Below, in pieces: positions 61,610 to 64,000 of a stretch of DNA of 64,000 nucleotides. The DNA comes from Mobula hypostoma. Taxonomy: Eukaryota. The first letter of the stretch is position 1; each line of letters starts with the position of its first letter. Under the pieces are notes generated by a model. The model had not been told where the DNA came from and searched no databases. It was given only the letters and a program-made list of their open reading frames with translations. The DNA lies in the NCBI RefSeq assembly GCF_963921235.1, contig NC_086108.1, forward strand, positions 77,440,001 through 77,504,000, in the 5' to 3' direction. Both the position numbers and the translations under genes were made by a program.

Positions 61610-61767
61610 TGAACTGTATATGTAAATAGATTTCATGTTTAGACCTGGATCTTGTCCCCAAGGTATCTCATTACGTAGATGCAAATATTCCAAATTCTGG
61701 AAAAAAATCCAAAATCCAAAGCACTTTTGGCTCCAAGTATTTTGGTTAAGGGAAGTTCAACCTCTAT
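61610..61767 (-). mobile_element. Tigger/pogo terminal fragment resembling Tigger4 (Zombi/MER46)
   Basis: Minus strand aggttgaacttcccttaaccaaaatacttggagccaaaagtgctttggattttgg...tttggaatatttgcat resembles the Tigger4 terminus as recalled. Confidence 0.6.
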
Positions 61768-61808
61768 TTGCAGTTTGTCATCTTTTGTATATTGGTTGCT
61801 TGTCAGTC

Positions 61809-61810
<2 letters not shown>

Positions 61811-61855
<45 letters not shown>
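61811..61855. repeat. (TG)n microsatellite
   Basis: About 22 perfect TG units. Confidence 0.98.
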
Positions 61856-61857
<2 letters not shown>

Positions 61858-63965
61858 TTTTTTTTCCACTGTGAATGCCTCCAAGAAAATGAATCTCAGG
61901 GCAGATTATGGTGACATATACTTACTTCGAAATAAACTTCCTTTGAACTTTGAACATTCTATGTTTAAATTTTGTGTCTAAATTTCAAATGGAGAAATCT
62001 CTGGTATCTATAGTAAGTAAAAATGTTCTTGGTCTTTGTGTAACGAGTATTTAGGAATTCTATCATGTATGCATTTTTAACTAATTACCATTACAGTTTA
62101 ATCCTGATACTGTTCCCAGCCTATTGCTTTCTCGATGAGACAACTGATAATTCTCAGAAAGGGCTTTTTTTAGATTGAAAACTGTGTTGAATTTTTCTGC
62201 CATCATTCCATAGATAGTGGATTTACACCTGCCTCTGGCGCTTCTAAAAACTTTATTTCAACCAGTTGTTCTATGGCCCATCTGAGAGGCATTTGCAACC
62301 CTCAATTTAAGAACTGTTGAATCAGAGCCAACTAAGAAAACTAAGTTTTCTTGTTTCTTGAAACTAAGAAACAGCCATTCATTCATGACTATATAGCAAC
62401 AGAAACTGGAAGAGAGATGTGGAGGGAGTTTATTGGATCTGAGTGTCATTGGTGTATAAGTATAGCTTTGCCACACAACTTAGTTAAAGGCTTGTTAAAA
62501 TTTATTTTAGATTTTGTTACTTGCCATATTAGCTCATCAGATTCTTATTTTGTGGATATCTCAAAAATAACTTAAATTTCCCCAAGGCTCAGTTCATAAC
62601 AAAAACATTAAGTAAAATAGCTTATAGGCACAGTACACAGCCTTATTTATCCTACATGTTCTTTGAAAAGGGCACAAAGGCCTCCCTCATTCACACACCA
62701 GATAAGAACTGAACCTCCGAGAAAAGGTGATCTCGACCAGACATGTACGTCTTTGGGTCACCTTCATCCAGAAGGCAGGTGGAGGATGGGACTGTAACAA
62801 AGAACAGATCATGAATATTACATCTGACTAAGTTAACTAGAAGAGTATTCAAAGGGGCCAATGCTTGAACAGACTCCAGCTCATGATAAGCATCAGGTAA
62901 GCCCTTCATCCAACTACCTTAGCATTGCCACAGGGAGAGTGGCCTAGCCATTTCTAACAAATCCTTCTGTTTTCCTGTCAACATGTAATTCTGCCAGCTC
63001 ATCATGCTGCTGGAGATAACCACCTGCAGCTATAAACCAACATCACTCTGGGAGCCCTTAGTCTGCAAGTATTCTGTAAAATTTCAAACCTTCAAAAGAA
63101 TGAAGAAAATAGCATAGTGTACAGAATTCTTGTGACTCCCTTTTGTCACAGTGATAATTTTCAATTATCCATGCCTAAAATTATCAGGGTTCTAAGAGTG
63201 AGATATCCCTGAGTACTCAGTTCCCAAACCATGAGAACTCCTGAGCTCTCTGGAGATTTAGGGGTTGTGTCCTTTCTGACTTTCACAAGATAGAGTGATA
63301 TTTTTAAACTACTTTTCTCGTCTCTCTTTCTGTAATTAAACTGATGATAATATTTTGAGATAAACATTTTGAATTTTCCCTCAAGTTACTAACTTGTATC
63401 ATTATTTTATGGAGAAATTATACCTGTTTTTTTCCTGCCACAATGTGTAAGATAATTCAGATCCTTTTATCCCAAAAGCTCTGTAATCTGTATCATTCAT
63501 GCAGTGACTCTAAATGAGGTTGGTCAGGCTTTTTAGATATTTAGCTTCTGGGGAACTGAGCACATACGAAACCTTCTGTAGTTTAGGGTGCACCTGGGTG
63601 CTTTTAATGTGTCAAATGCCCATTGAAAATTAGCCTGATTACAGTGCCCATGGCTGGGTGTTTATATTAAATGTCTGAAATTTACTTGATTGCCCAATTT
63701 CCACAAAACTGGCAGGATAAACTTTTGATTAATGCACATAGCAGAACACAACAGTACCTCTGTAAAATACCTCTGGATATTCCTCTGTATTAACAATGCT
63801 ACATATATTAAAGCCATTGCTGTAGTTGAATGCAATATAATAGAAATAGATATCACAGAAAGGATGATACAGCATAATAGAAAATAGTAGCACAGCTTAT
63901 GACAAGGCTCCTCTCCCCCACTTTCTCTGCTACTGAAAACAAACATGATTTTTTCTCTTTCCCAG

Positions 63966-64000
63966 TTCCGATGAAGGATCCTGGATTTAAAACATTATGG
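63966..64000 (+). other. Possible start of a host-gene exon (runs off the window)
   Basis: Polypyrimidine acceptor ttttttctctttcccag; only one frame stays open (xPMKDPGFKTLW). Confidence 0.3.

Noticed and set aside
62691..62909. Possible exon (caggtaag donor near 62895; 72-aa minus ORF)
   Set aside because: Plus-strand frames contain stops and the peptide is not recognised.

Overview
Eukaryotic (vertebrate) non-coding DNA, largely transposable-element derived. The mix of CR1, Rex/Babar, Neptune-type Penelope, V-SINE/DeuSINE and Tc1/mariner elements points to a cartilaginous fish, probably a ray (inference). No intact host gene is evident; one possible exon start lies at the extreme right edge. 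Contents: many CR1 LINE copies, one with ORF1 esterase, endonuclease and RT; Rex/Babar fragments; Penelope-like elements (PLEs) whose 3' ends carry minimal hammerhead ribozyme motifs and often integrate as TSD-flanked fold-back pairs; a decayed full-length Mag-type Gypsy; a deleted self-priming (Tf1/sushi-type) LTR element with a nested solo LTR; SINEs and MITEs. The most striking object is a 1.16-kb palindrome (11289-12452) made of two 3' ends of an RLE-type (HERO-like) retrotransposon. Its 3' UTR holds all hammerhead core elements in a non-canonical, pseudoknotted strand order, a candidate new ribozyme topology. Family names come from motif recognition only, not database searches, and boundaries of old copies are approximate.
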